Positions 10,871-22,127 of a stretch of DNA of 64,000 bases are shown here, in pieces. A program made the translations under genes and the position numbers. Location: assembly GCA_035193785.1 (NCBI GenBank), contig CP136572.1, positions 3,636,578 to 3,700,577 of the forward strand, given 5' to 3'. This DNA comes from Planktothrix sp. GU0601_MAG3. GTDB taxonomy: Bacteria; Cyanobacteriota; Cyanobacteriia; Cyanobacteriales; Microcoleaceae. Numbering within the stretch: the first letter of the stretch is position 1; each line of letters begins with the position of its first letter. The notes beneath the pieces were generated by a model, which searched no databases, had not been told where the DNA came from, and saw only the letters and a list, made by a program, of their open reading frames with translations.

Positions 10871-11720
10871 ATGACATCTCAAGTCGCAACTTCGCCGGAA
10901 AATGAACCAAAATTAAGCGGTTTAACAGTTGCGTTTTTCGGTATTATCCATTTGGTGGCTTTATTAGCACCTTGGTTTTTTTCTTGGTCAGCGTTAGGAA
11001 TTACGATATTTCTACACTGGTTTTTTGGCAGTATTGGAATTTGTTTAGGCTACCATCGTTTATTAAGTCATCGCAGCCTGAAGGTTCCCCAATGGTTGGA
11101 ATATACGATTACCTTAATTGGGATCTGTGCCTTACAAGGAGGGCCAATTTTTTGGGTCGCTGGCCATCGTTTGCACCATGCCCATACCGAACATGAAGAT
11201 AAAGATCCCTACTCTGCAAAACGGGGATTTTGGTGGAGTCACATGATGTGGATTTTTTATCCTCGTCCATCCTTTTTTGATGCGGAACACTACAAACGAT
11301 TTGCACCGGATTTAGCGCGAGATCCCTTTTACTGTTGGTTAGATCGCTATCATCTGTTAATGCAAATTCCCGTGGCTTTACTGCTTTATGCGCTCGGCGG
11401 TTGGTCATGGGTAATTTATGGGGTATTTGTCCGGGCTGTGGTGTTATGGCATAGTACCTGGTTGATTAATTCAGTAACTCATATGTGGGGATACCGCAGC
11501 TTTGACACCGATGATAATTCTCGGAATCTTTGGTGGGCGGCGATTTTCACCTATGGGGAAGGCTGGCATAATAACCATCACGCCTATCCGAATGTGGCGA
11601 AAGCGGGACTGAAATGGTGGGAAACTCGATATGACTTGGTGGTCAATTTGGGTTCTGAAAACCCTTGGTCTGGCCCAGAAAGTGGTGATGCCCCCGACTC
11701 AACGGGCGAAGCAAGCCTAA
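10871..11720 (+). CDS. desC: Delta-9 acyl-lipid desaturase; +1 insertion at 11621-11625
   Basis: His boxes HRLLSH, HRLHH, HNNHH; repaired end ...WWELDMTWW...KQA*. Confidence 0.85.
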
Positions 11721-11733
11721 GAATCGGGAATAG

Positions 11734-11777
11734 GAAACCCGCCCCCGAACACAGTTATCGGATGGGCGGGTTTTTTA
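11734..11777 (+). terminator. Rho-independent terminator between convergent desC and rubrerythrin
   Basis: AAACCCGCCC...GGGCGGGTTTTTTT hairpin with T run. Confidence 0.7.
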
Positions 11778-11798
11778 TGGCAATCTGGGGAAAACGGG

Positions 11799-12512
11799 TT
11801 AGGCTGCGATCGCTTCTTCGTAAACCATAAAGCTCTTTTTGGTCACGCCACAAATCGGACAATGCCAATCTTCGGGAATGGCTTCAAAGGGTGTTCCCGC
11901 GGCAATACCCGAATCAGGATCACCGATCACAGGATCGTAAATCATCGAACATTGGCGACAAATCCATTTTTGTGTTTGAGGCTCGGAACTAGCGGCTTTG
12001 GGGGTCGTATCCCCACCGTGTAGTGTGTTCAGGGCTTCTGTATATTGGTCGGCGTGATGATGTTCAATTGGAACCAACAGGCCAAAGTTCGAGGCAGCTT
12101 TGCGGAAAATCCCGGCGTGTTCCCGGGACTCGGCCTCTTGCTCTTCAAATTCACTCACCGCCTGCTGATCTCGATCAACTCTGGCTTGGGCGGCAAATTC
12201 GGGGTACATGGTGGTGTATTCGTAGGTTTCCCCTTCAATCGCCAATTCCAGACACCGGGCGGCAATTTTTTTCTTTTCTTCGTCGGATAGGGCATCGGGG
12301 TCGGTGACGACTAATTCAGGGTGCATGAGGCGGAAATGGGCGAAGGCGTGTTCTGTTTCTTGATTGGCGGTTTCCCGAAACAGTTTGGACAAATCCCCCA
12401 GCCCGAGTTTTTTAGTGACCTCTGCGAAAAACAGATATTTGCGGTTGGCCATTGATTCTCCACCGAAGGCGGCTTCGATATTTTTGGCGGTTTCTGCGTT
12501 GGATAAGTCCAT
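11799..12512 (-). CDS. Rubrerythrin with C-terminal rubredoxin domain
   Basis: AAFGGES, ETEH, EGETYE di-iron motifs; WICRQC...WHCPIC. Confidence 0.92.
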   Translation of the reverse strand: MDLSNAETAKNIEAAFGGESMANRKYLFFAEVTKKLGLGDLSKLFRETANQETEHAFAHFRLMHPELVVTDPDALSDEEKKKIAARCLELAIEGETYEYTTMYPEFAAQARVDRDQQAVSEFEEQEAESREHAGIFRKAASNFGLLVPIEHHHADQYTEALNTLHGGDTTPKAASSEPQTQKWICRQCSMIYDPVIGDPDSGIAAGTPFEAIPEDWHCPICGVTKKSFMVYEEAIAA

Positions 12513-12541
12513 TGTGTCTTCTATTATTGATCTCATTGCAT

Positions 12542-12558
12542 CTAAGAATAATTCTTAG
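12542..12558. promoter_or_regulatory. Candidate PerR operator
   Basis: Perfect 8-1-8 inverted repeat CTAAGAAT-A-ATTCTTAG between divergent rubrerythrin and Fur-family genes. Confidence 0.6.
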
Positions 12559-12655
12559 TTTTAAATTTGTCAAGGGTAAGAATGAAGTTGATCTAAAGTT
12601 CAGTTACTTAAAATAAATGTTATGATCTGTAAAGGAAGATTCAATACAGCAAGCT

Positions 12656-13079
12656 ATGGAAGGTCAAAATAGAACCACCGAGATCAGCCAAAAGATGAAA
12701 CAGAAGGGGTTACGCATTACCCCCCAACGGTTTGCGGTTTATGCCAATCTCTTGTCTCGTTACGATCATCCGACGGTGGATGATATTCTCACCGAGATTA
12801 ATCGGGAACTTCCTATCGCTTCTAAAGCTAGTGTTTATAGTGCTTTGACGGTTTCTGCGATCGGTGGGATTAGTCCGAGAGGTGCTACTGGATGAAGGAA
12901 TAACTCGCTATGATGCCAAGGTGGAACCCCATCACCATTTTGTCTGTGAATGTTGCGGTCAAATTCAGGATTTAGAGTGGGACGTCCTGGGTGATTTGCC
13001 GATTGACCCCTTACCCCCAGGATTTCGGGTGAATACCTATGAAATCACGGTTAAGGGCTGTTGCGATCGCTGTGATTAA
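12656..13079 (+). CDS. perR: Fur-family regulator, probably PerR; +1 insertion at 12851-12855
   Basis: GLRITPQR, HHHFVCECCG, CCDRC; joins as ...ALTVLRSVGLVRE... Confidence 0.78.
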
Positions 13080-13223
13080 TGGGTAATGGGTAATGGGTAA
13101 TGGGTAATGGGTAATGGGTAATGGGTAATGGGTAATGGGTAATGGGTAATGGGTAATGGGTAATGGGTAATGGGTAATGGGTAATGGGTAATGGGTAATG
13201 GGTAATGGGTAATGGGTAATGGG
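13077..13223 (+). repeat. STRR heptamer array (TAATGGG) x ~21
   Basis: Perfect tandem repeat starting at the perR stop codon. Confidence 0.95.
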
Positions 13224-13330
13224 GGGATGAATCTTCTCTACTGATCTTCTACGGAGTTATCAAATTGCTGAAACTGGCATTCTGATCGGAACACCTGTTA
13301 GAATAGGGGAAATGTTACGAAACGTAACTT

Positions 13331-13543
13331 ATGTTGATTTCTATTCTAATAATTGATGTGGCTCTGGTTGCTTGGTCATTACATCTGATGAAGCAGGCCG
13401 TCGAGTGCAAAGAATTTTCCTTCATGCTGGCCGGGATCTTGGTGGCCATGTCGGCGGCAGCTATGGGGTTAGTTTACTTCCTGATGGTATCTTGTATTGA
13501 TCACATCGCCCAAATGTCTCAACACGCTTATTCTTACTTTTAG
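13331..13543 (+). CDS. Small hypothetical membrane protein
   Basis: 70 aa with two hydrophobic segments. Confidence 0.55.
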   Translation: MLISILIIDVALVAWSLHLMKQAVECKEFSFMLAGILVAMSAAAMGLVYFLMVSCIDHIAQMSQHAYSYF

Positions 13544-13607
13544 CGGCCATTGGGGGTGACGGCTACCTTCCCTCCGACACTCCCAAAAAAAAAGTTTTCC
13601 CTACTAC

Positions 13608-13637
13608 TTGACAAAGCACCCGTTAAACAACTATATT
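13608..13637 (+). promoter_or_regulatory. Sigma70-type promoter of tRNA-Ala
   Basis: TTGACA-N18-TATATT. Confidence 0.65.
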
Positions 13638-13649
13638 TGAATATTGCAA

Positions 13650-13722
13650 GGGGTTATAGCTCAGTTGGTAGAGCACCGCAATGGCATTGCGGGGGTCAGC
13701 GGTTCGAGCCCGCTTAGCTCCA
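13650..13722 (+). tRNA. tRNA-Ala(GGC)
   Basis: Cloverleaf, G3:U70 pair, anticodon stem CCGCA/TGCGG around GGC, GGTTCGAG T-loop. Confidence 0.95.
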
Positions 13723-13810
13723 TATTATTATGATCGAACAGACCCAATCTCATACAATTGGGTCGTTTTCCCTTTCAGTTACTCACAAGGAAAAAAAATC
13801 TGAAAAAAGC

Positions 13811-13839
13811 TTGCATAATCTGGGTGGTTGTGCTAGATT
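13811..13839 (+). promoter_or_regulatory. Sigma70-type promoter of tRNA-Val
   Basis: TTGCAT-N17-TAGATT with extended TG. Confidence 0.55.
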
Positions 13840-13850
13840 TATAAATTGTC

Positions 13851-13924
13851 GGACGCATAGCTCAGTTGGTTAGAGCACCACGTTGACATCGTGGGGGTCG
13901 GTGGTTCGAGTCCACTTGTGTCCA
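13851..13924 (+). tRNA. tRNA-Val(GAC)
   Basis: Cloverleaf, anticodon stem CCACG/CGTGG around GAC. Confidence 0.95.
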
Positions 13925-14429
13925 TTATCCTTGGGAATATTCAATCTAAAAATTTAATTATTTAATTTTTGCTCACAGCCCCCCAAGGCTGAAAATTCAC
14001 TAGCACAGATTCTAAAATCTGTAAGATTGATATTTCAGAAATTTTATAGGGATGAAAGAGCTAATTATTTTCCTCCTTCCCTAGATATAATGGGAAGTAA
14101 GTAAAAAAACTTTAGGAACGGCTGGGAGCGGTGAGAATTATAAACTTATATAATCTAATTAAATTAAGGGACGGTTTTCGATTAAACTTGTAATTAACTA
14201 GCCCGATCATCATTAGGCTCAAGTAAGAGTTTAAAATTCAAGTAAATTTTAACTTCATTAGTCTAAATAATTTATACTCATTCGTAGAGAACCGAACTGG
14301 CAGTTTTAAAATTTATGCCTGAAATTGGGAGTTAGCAAATATATTTTGAGATCATCAGATGGCTGACTTAGTAACCATTCGAGAAAAGCTAATTTCAATC
14401 TATACAATACAACTCAAAAAAGTAAAATT

Positions 14430-14865
14430 ATGGCTTCAGAAAATCAAGTTAAACAATATTTAGCCCACTGGTTTCAGTTAGGTAAAAAAGTATGGATTCG
14501 CAACGGTGTAGAATCGCGCTTACCTCAACCCGTAATTCAAGGGGACAGGTACAGTCGAGAGTTTGAAGACTGTTGGAAAGAAATCCTATCTCCCGAATCT
14601 GGAGAATGTTATTTAGACGGAACAGACCAAACCATCGAAACCCTACTCTCCTCAGCATGGGAAATCGAATCCTGTGGGCGCTGTTCCCTTCTGGTTTCCC
14701 ATCAAAACCGCCGGAATGCCTGCTACTTGCTGTCCTTGCTTTGATTTACCCACCTGGCCGAATCTGGACGCGCCCTTACCTCGTCTTCCAGTCAGTACCC
14801 GTCTATATTTATTAAATATTTGTAACCGACTAGCGCCAACTACAGAAACAGAAAGTAACGAATAA
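14430..14865 (+). CDS. Conserved-looking cyanobacterial hypothetical protein; +1 insertion at 14694-14698
   Basis: Joins as ...CGRCSLLVPIKTAGMPATCCPCFDLPTWPN... Confidence 0.7.
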
Positions 14866-14949
14866 AAATGCGATCTTTAGTCTGATTAATATGATTATCA
14901 GTTAATCCAAATTTTGTAAACCCTATTAAAAGCATAGGTTTATATTTAA

Positions 14950-15517
14950 TCACATCCATAAATTAGCAGGATTGTCTTGATCTTCATCCCACTTAACCGG
15001 ATTATTAACAATATATTCCCGAATCTGATCTAATGACTGTTCATCTCGAATAATATGATCATAAAATCGGGTTTGCCATGCAAAGTTATCGTAACCATTC
15101 TTACGACACCAACGAGTTAAAGAAGATTTATAAGCATTAATAATAGCTTGTAAGGAACCTGGTTTTAACGGGGCAAATTTGTTGGATTCATCCGTCCCTT
15201 GTAGAGACGTGCCACGGCGCGTCTCTCCGTGTTTCTTCATTTTGCGATCGCTCAATAACAACAATCCCATGTACATGATTCGGCATGATAATATAAGCAT
15301 CTAGGTAAACATCCTGAAAATGCTTCGGAATCTCTGACCAAAATTTATTAGCCATTTCACCAATAGCAGAAAATTGAATATTACCGGAAACGATATCACC
15401 AAAAAACCAAAGTTTATCCTTTGTGCAAAATGTGACAAAATACCAGCCATTGGCAGCATAATTATGATGAGGTAATCGTGTAGATTCAATCCGATATTTA
15501 TTTTTATATAATGTCAT
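14950..15517 (-). mobile_element. REP-associated tyrosine transposase (RAYT/TnpA-REP, IS200/IS605 HUH superfamily); +1 insertion at 15231-15235
   Basis: YFVTFCT, MPNHVHGI (HUH), WQTRFYDHIIRD, YIVNNP; adjacent REP array. Confidence 0.92.
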
Positions 15518-15580
15518 AGTTGTCTATCGTATATTTATATTGATTTTCATCCTAAATCACAGCTATATTTCCCAGACCCC

Positions 15581-16062
15581 GTAGAGACGTGCCACGGCGC
15601 GTCTCTCTCTTAAATTAATATTCATATCAGATCCAGGTTATGTTTACTAGACCTAGTAGAGACGTGCCACGGCGCGTATCTCTCTCTTAAATTAATATTC
15701 ATATCAGATCCAGGTTGTGTTTACTAGACCCCGTAGAGACGTGCCACGGCGCGTCTCTCTCTTAAATTAATATTCATATCAGATCCAGGTTGTGTTTACT
15801 AGACCTCGTAGAGACGTGCCACGGCGCGTCTCTCTCTTAAATTAATATTCATATCAGATCCAGGTTATGTTTACTAGACCTAGTAGAGACGTGCCACGGC
15901 GCGTATCTCTCTCTTAAATTAATATTCATATCAGATCCAGGTTGTGTTTACTAGACCTCGTAGAGACGCGCCATGGCACGTCTCTCTCTTAAATTAATAT
16001 TCATATCAGATCCAGGTTGTGTTTACTAGACCTCGTAGAGACGCGCCATGGCACGTCTCTAC
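15581..16062 (+). repeat. Tandem REP array: six 75-77 bp units plus a seventh REP
   Basis: GTAGAGACGTGCCACGGCGCGTCTCT-type palindromes at 15581, 15656, 15733, 15808, 15883, 15960 and 16035 with near-identical linkers. Confidence 0.93.
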
Positions 16063-16077
16063 AGGGGGATAAGGGTT

Positions 16078-19000
16078 TTATTCAACCCCTTCAATACGGT
16101 CTTCAACTTCTTGGTATAACTCCCGCAGACGATCTAAATTCTCATCGCTGGTTTCCCAATAGCCGCGACCATTAACCTCTAACAAGGTGCTAATAATCTT
16201 GCGGAAAGAATGGGGGTTTAAGTTTAGCAAACGCTTCTGCATTTCTGCATCTTGAATAAACGTTTCATTCACATCCTCATAAACCCAATTATCCACCGCC
16301 CCGGCTGTAGCACTCCATCCCATTGTATTCACCAGGCGCTTAGATAATTCCCGCACCCCTTCATAACCATGGGATAACATTCCTTCATACCATTTCGGGT
16401 TAAGAAGTTTTGTTCGTGCATCCAAACGCACCGTTTCCGATAACGTCCGAACTTGAGCATTTGCGGTTGTAGTATCCGCAATATAGGAGGTCGGTTTTTT
16501 GCCATCCTGGCGTAAATTAGCAATTAATTTCGTCGGGTCAGAATCGAAATAATGGGAAACATCGGTTAAACTAATTTCCGAAGAATCTAAGTTTTGGAAC
16601 GTCACTTCTGCGGTTTTTAACGCCGACTCAAAGATATTTCGATCCTGTTCCATCATCCCGGGATTATCAGAATTAAAGGCAAAAGATTTACGCTTTAAAT
16701 ACATTTCCTGTAACTCAGATTCCTGTTCCCAACTGCTATTTTCCACCGCTAAATTGACGTTAGAAGAATAGGAACCGGAAGCATTACTAAACACCCGAGT
16801 TGCGGCTTGACGTACCGATATTCCTAACTCCTTCGCCTGTTCTAAAGCGTGTTTACGAACGAAATTCATTTCCAAGGGTTTCATCAGATTCCGCAGCCAT
16901 TTTTACCGCTTTATCTAATAGCGCCATTTGGTTAATAAATAAGTCGCGGAACACCCCTGAACAGTTGATCACGACATCAATGCGAGGCCGTCCCAATTCC
17001 TCTAAGGAGACTAACTCCAACTTATTCACCCGTCCCAAGGCATCGGGTACGGGTATAACCCCCACCATCCACATAACTTGGGCTAGGGACTCCCCGTAGG
17101 TTTTGATGTTATCGGTTCCCCAGAGGACGACGGAGATGGTTTCGGGATAATTTCCTTCATTTTCGACCTTTTGCCGTTCCAACAGCCGTTCTACGACGAT
17201 TTGGGCAGATTTCACCGCCGCCGCCGTGGGGATGGACTGGGGGTCGAGGGCGTGCATATTTTTGCCCGTCGGTAGGACATCGGGGTTACGGATGGGGTCG
17301 CCTCCCGGCCCGGGGATGATATATTCCCCTTCCAACGCCCGCAGCAAGGAGCCCAACTCGTTATCGGCGCAAATTTGTTGTAAGCAGAATTCCAAATACT
17401 CAAATAACGGTTTAATGGGTTCGGGGTCAACCTTGGTGAAACCGGACTCATGCAGTGCTTCAATCCAGGGTTCTTTTTTACCCATATTGAAGAAGTTGAG
17501 TTTGGAGACTAAGGAAACCCGTCCCTCGGCGTCGGTTTGTTCGTTAACGAGGGCGATAACGGCGGCGCGGCAAGCTTCGGTGATTTTTTGTAATAACTCC
17601 ACATCCGCTAACAACCCTAAGTTATTGTTAGAGTAGAGTTCCTCCAGATCGCGGTTAAGGCTATTGGCAATAATTCGGGGTAAACTGAGAAGATTATCTT
17701 CTTCCCGATCAATACTGGCGATATTTACCAGAGTTGAAATTGCTTCTTCAGCCGTGGGTGGTTTACCAATAACGTGCAAACCACAGGGTAACAACCGCGA
17801 CTCAATTTCCATTAACCGCCGATAGACCTGTCCGACAATATGATCCCGTGCTTCGGGGGTTAACTCCGCCGCATCGGTTTCGGGAAGGGTAATATCTTGG
17901 TCAAAATTCACCAAGCGGGACTTATCGATAATGGTGTTAACAATTGCCACACCCCGACCGCTATCTTTTAGGGTTTGATAAGACCCAATTAACTCGTTGA
18001 GTTCTTTCAAACCCTTATATAATCCAGCGTTTTCCGCAGCCGGAGTTAAATAAGAAATAGTGGCGGCATAACTGCGCCGTTTGGCGATGGTGGCTTCGCT
18101 GGGGTTATTGGCGGCGTAGTAATACAGGTTGGGAATACTACCAATTAAATTATCGGGGTAGCACTCTCCCGACATTCCCATTTGTTTACCCGGCATGAAC
18201 TCCAACGAACCATGGGTTCCAAAGTGTAACACCGCGTCGGCTTCCCAGACTTTCTCTAAATAGGTATAGTAGGCGGCGAAGCCATGATGGGGACTAGCAG
18301 ACCGGGAGAACAACAACCTCATCGGGTCGCCTTCATAGCCAAAGGTAGGTTGAACTCCGATAAACACATTCCCAAACTGTTTGCCGAAAATCAATAAATT
18401 CTCGCCGTCGCTGTTTAAGGTTCCCGGTGGTGGCCCCCAATTCTCATTTAAGCGTTCAAAATAGGGGGTTAACTGTTCATATTCGCCCACGGACATCCGA
18501 TAGGCGACATTTAATTCGGGACTTTGATATTGGGCGGTGGCGTCGTGGATAACTTCCTGCATCAGTTTCTCAGCAGACTCTGGCAGGTTTTGAATATCGT
18601 AGCCATTGCCCTGTAGGGCTTTCAGCACTTGATAAATAGACCCGAACACATCCAAATAAGCCGCCGTCCCCACATTTCCCTTATCCGGGGGGAAGCTAAA
18701 AACGGTAATAGCAACTTTTTTGTCTAATTTGGGTTTTTTCCGCAGATTAGCCCATTTTAACGCCCGTTGGGCGATCGCTTCGATCCGGTCTTGCAAGGCG
18801 ATCGCTTTTCCAGTTGTGCCATCCCGTCCTGATATAATAATTGGTTCGATCGCACCATCCAGTTCAGGAATAGCAATTTGCAGCGCCACTTGGATCGGAT
18901 GCAGACCTAAATCACTTTCTTCCCATTCTTCCGTGGTTTGGAAGACTAAAGGCAAGGCCACCATATAGGGACGGTTTAGCCGTTTTAACGAGTCTATCGC

Positions 19001-20062
19001 CTTCGGGTGATCCTGTCGAGCCGGGCCACCAACTAAAGCAAAACCCGTTAACGACACAATAGTATCCACCAGAGGTTGGGGCGGAATACCTTTCGGGGGG
19101 TTATCCCAGAAATACTCATCAATGGGTTTAGAAAAGTCTAACCCGCCCGCAAACACAGGTAAAACCCGCGCTCCTAACGCTTCAATTTCCTGTACCATGG
19201 CCACATAATGGGCATCATCTCCGGTAACCAGGTGCGTCCGTTGCAGGACTAACCCCACACAGGGGGCCAGGGGATCTTTTTGGTCGTCGGAAATATCGTC
19301 GCGGCTGTTATTCCACTGGAAATATTCCTTCGCATCCTCGAACATTTTAGGCGCCAGGGGATGCCATATTCCCATATCGGGATAGGTAACGGGATCGGCA
19401 AATTGTAGCTTGTCCTTGCCCGTGAAAACGTATTTTGATCCTAACATCAGCAGGAAGTTTTCCAGGTTTTCGGAAGAACCCCCTAACCAATATTGGAAGG
19501 ATAACATAAAGTTGCGGGCATCCTGGGCCTTGTCCATTGGCAGATATTTCAGGACTTTGGGCAAAGTTTGCAACAACTTCAGCATGGCGTCTTGGAAAGA
19601 ACTACCAGACTGTTCTTTACGTTTCTTCATAAACTGGGCGATCGCACTTTTGCTTTGTCCCAGTTGCGCCATGGAAAACGTCCCCATTTTGTTCAGACGC
19701 ATGACTTGAGGCATGGAGGGGAACACCACAGCCACATCCAGTGTATCCCTGTAGGGGGCTACGGCCTCAACCAGTTTATCGGCTAAATCTTCAATAAAAA
19801 TCAGGGAGGCTATGAATATATTAGCCCCAGATAAATCTTGTTTAAAACTTTCGTAGTTGTCGGGAGATCGTAACTCCTCGATCAAATAACCGCTAATTTC
19901 GATCGCAACATTAGGGTTATTTGCGTTAATGGACTGGACTGCCGCCGACAGGGCACTCTGATATTGCGCTTCTAACACCACATAGACCACCTTCATCAGT
20001 TGTCGCCCGTTCAGGTCATCTGGCTTGATGTGTCTAATGGTGGGTTTTACATAAGTAAACAT
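16078..20062 (-). CDS. chlH: Magnesium chelatase subunit H; +1 insertion at 16878-16882
   Basis: Typical ChlH sequence ([28 protein letters not shown]); joins as ...ESDEPLEMNF... Confidence 0.96.
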
Positions 20063-20395
20063 ATCTTAATTGGTTCCTTTTTTGTCTGCTTCTCTCTTAG
20101 GGTGATCGGCGATGGGCATTGCCAGATCATTAGGACTCACCTTTGAGTATTCTTACCAGAAAACAGGTGTTGTGGGCAGGTGTGATGACCCTTCGCAACA
20201 ATTCGACAAGAAAAATGTCATAATTTTTCACATTGCTTGACTTTTGTGACTTTCTAGTGACCAGAAATTATTGATCATCAGAAAGACTGGACAAATTCTG
20301 GTGGTTAATCATTATTCTTCTTTTTTGTAAATCCTATAATTAGAACCCCGAACCAACAGTTAATTTACTGTTATCATCTCCCCAATGGTAATCAG

Positions 20396-20488
20396 CGCAC
20401 AAGACCAAAGAAACCGGGTTTCTGGCACTGATTTTGTGAATAAAATCGGTGATTTCTCGTTCAGAAACCCGGTTTCTGCGTAAGTCCT
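20396..20488 (+). mobile_element. ~95-bp MITE-like element, one end degenerate
   Basis: Reverse-complement homologue of 35904-36004; internal GAAACC(G/C)GGTTTC palindromes; ends TGCGTAAGTCCT. Confidence 0.7.
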
Positions 20489-20540
20489 ATATAATGTTAA
20501 CATATATGGTAATTTTTGATTAAATAAGGCAATAAATCTT

Positions 20541-22113
20541 ATGGATAATAAAATTAGATCTGAAAAAATTCAACAATTTGTTGTCACCGCCGAACAGATG
20601 CGAAATATTGAGGAACGTATCTTTTCCGCCGGGATACCCGTGGCGGCTTTAATGGAAAAAGTTGCCGGAAAAATTACCCACAGGTTACAGACTTTATTCT
20701 CGGAAAAATCCATCACCCCGGCTCATAAAATCGGTCTATTAGTAGGGCCAGGACATAATGGGGGCGATGGGTTGGTTGTGGCTAGGGAACTCTATTTTCT
20801 GGGTTATAATATTGTAATTTATAGTCCCTTTTCAAAGCGAAAAGAATTAACGGAATCCCATGCTAAATATGCTATGAGTTTGGGAATTAATTTTATTTCT
20901 AATATTAAGGAATTATCTGATTGTGACATCTTGATTGATGGATTATTTGGATTTGGTTTAGAGCGAGAAATTGCCGGAGAACTTGCCAATGCTATCAATA
21001 TAATTAATAATTGGAATAAACTTGTCATTAGTATTGATTTACCATCGGGAATTCATACCGATACAGGGGAAATATTAGGAACAGCAATTCGAGCCAATAT
21101 TACCCTCTGTTTGGGATTATGGAAACAAGCCTTTTTACAAGATACCGGATTAGATTATATTGGCAAAGCCGAACTGATTGATTTTGATATTCCCCTGGGG
21201 GATATTAATGCTATTATTGGAGAATCTCCCATCCTAAATCGTATCACTCAGGACGCTGCAATTAATAGTTTACCCCTGCCCATTCCCGCTAATCATCATA
21301 AATATAAAAACGGTCATTTACTAATTATATCAGGTTCCAAACAATATACAGGAGCAGCCATTTTAGCCGGATTAGGAGCCAGAGCAAGCGGTGTGGGAAT
21401 GCTATCTATTGCTGTTCCCAATTCGATTAAACCTTGGTTAAGTTTACAGTTACCAGAAGCCCTAATTATAGGCTGTCCTGAAACGGAAAATGGAGCCATT
21501 CTTGAACTTCCAGAAGATCTGGATTTAAGGCGCTATCAAACGATTGTTTGTGGCCCTGGATTGACGACCGAAGCCCGGAGTATTGTGGAAAAGATATTAA
21601 CAGCAAATTGTCCAATTATTTTAGATGCGGATGCTTTAAATATTTTAGCCAAATTGAATCCATTTTTCACCCTATCTTCTCGGAAATCTCCCACAATTAT
21701 TACCCCCCATTTAGGGGAATTTAAACGGCTATTTCCCGAATTAATAGCATTGGAAAAAAATCAAATAATCTTAGCCAAACAAGCCGCTGAGTTAACTGGT
21801 GCTATTATTGTTTTAAAAGGAGCTAGAACCTGTGTTGCTACCCCCAAAACCGTTTGGATTAATCCCGATAGTACCCCAGCTTTGGGTCGTGGGGGAAGCG
21901 GGGATGTTTTAACGGGACTATTAGGAGGGCTATTACCCCCTGTGATTCTCGCGGAAAAACCTGTAGAATCAATGGTTAATACTGCGGTTTGGTGGCATTC
22001 CCAAGCCGGGATTCTAGCAGCAAGAGAAACGCACGGAATTAGGGGTTGATGCCTATACATTAACTCAATATTTAATTCCAGCTTTAACACAGTTCCTAAA
22101 AACCATCAATTAA
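20541..22113 (+). CDS. nnr: Bifunctional NAD(P)H-hydrate epimerase/dehydratase; +1 insertion at 22026-22030
   Basis: GPGHNGGDG, DLPSG, LDADALN, TPHLGEF, GGSGDVLTG. Confidence 0.9.
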
Positions 22114-22127
22114 ATCGGGAGATAAGC

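Noticed and set aside
13650..15517. tRNA-anchored integrated island or prophage
   Set aside because: No integrase, phage genes or duplicated tRNA 3' end seen
15581..16062. CRISPR array
   Set aside because: The 'spacers' are near-identical, repeats are GTAG-REPs, there are no cas genes, and a RAYT is adjacent
16329..19786. Several ORFs overlapping chlH, and similar ones over ftsH, htrA and glmS
   Set aside because: Shadow frames of long conserved genes
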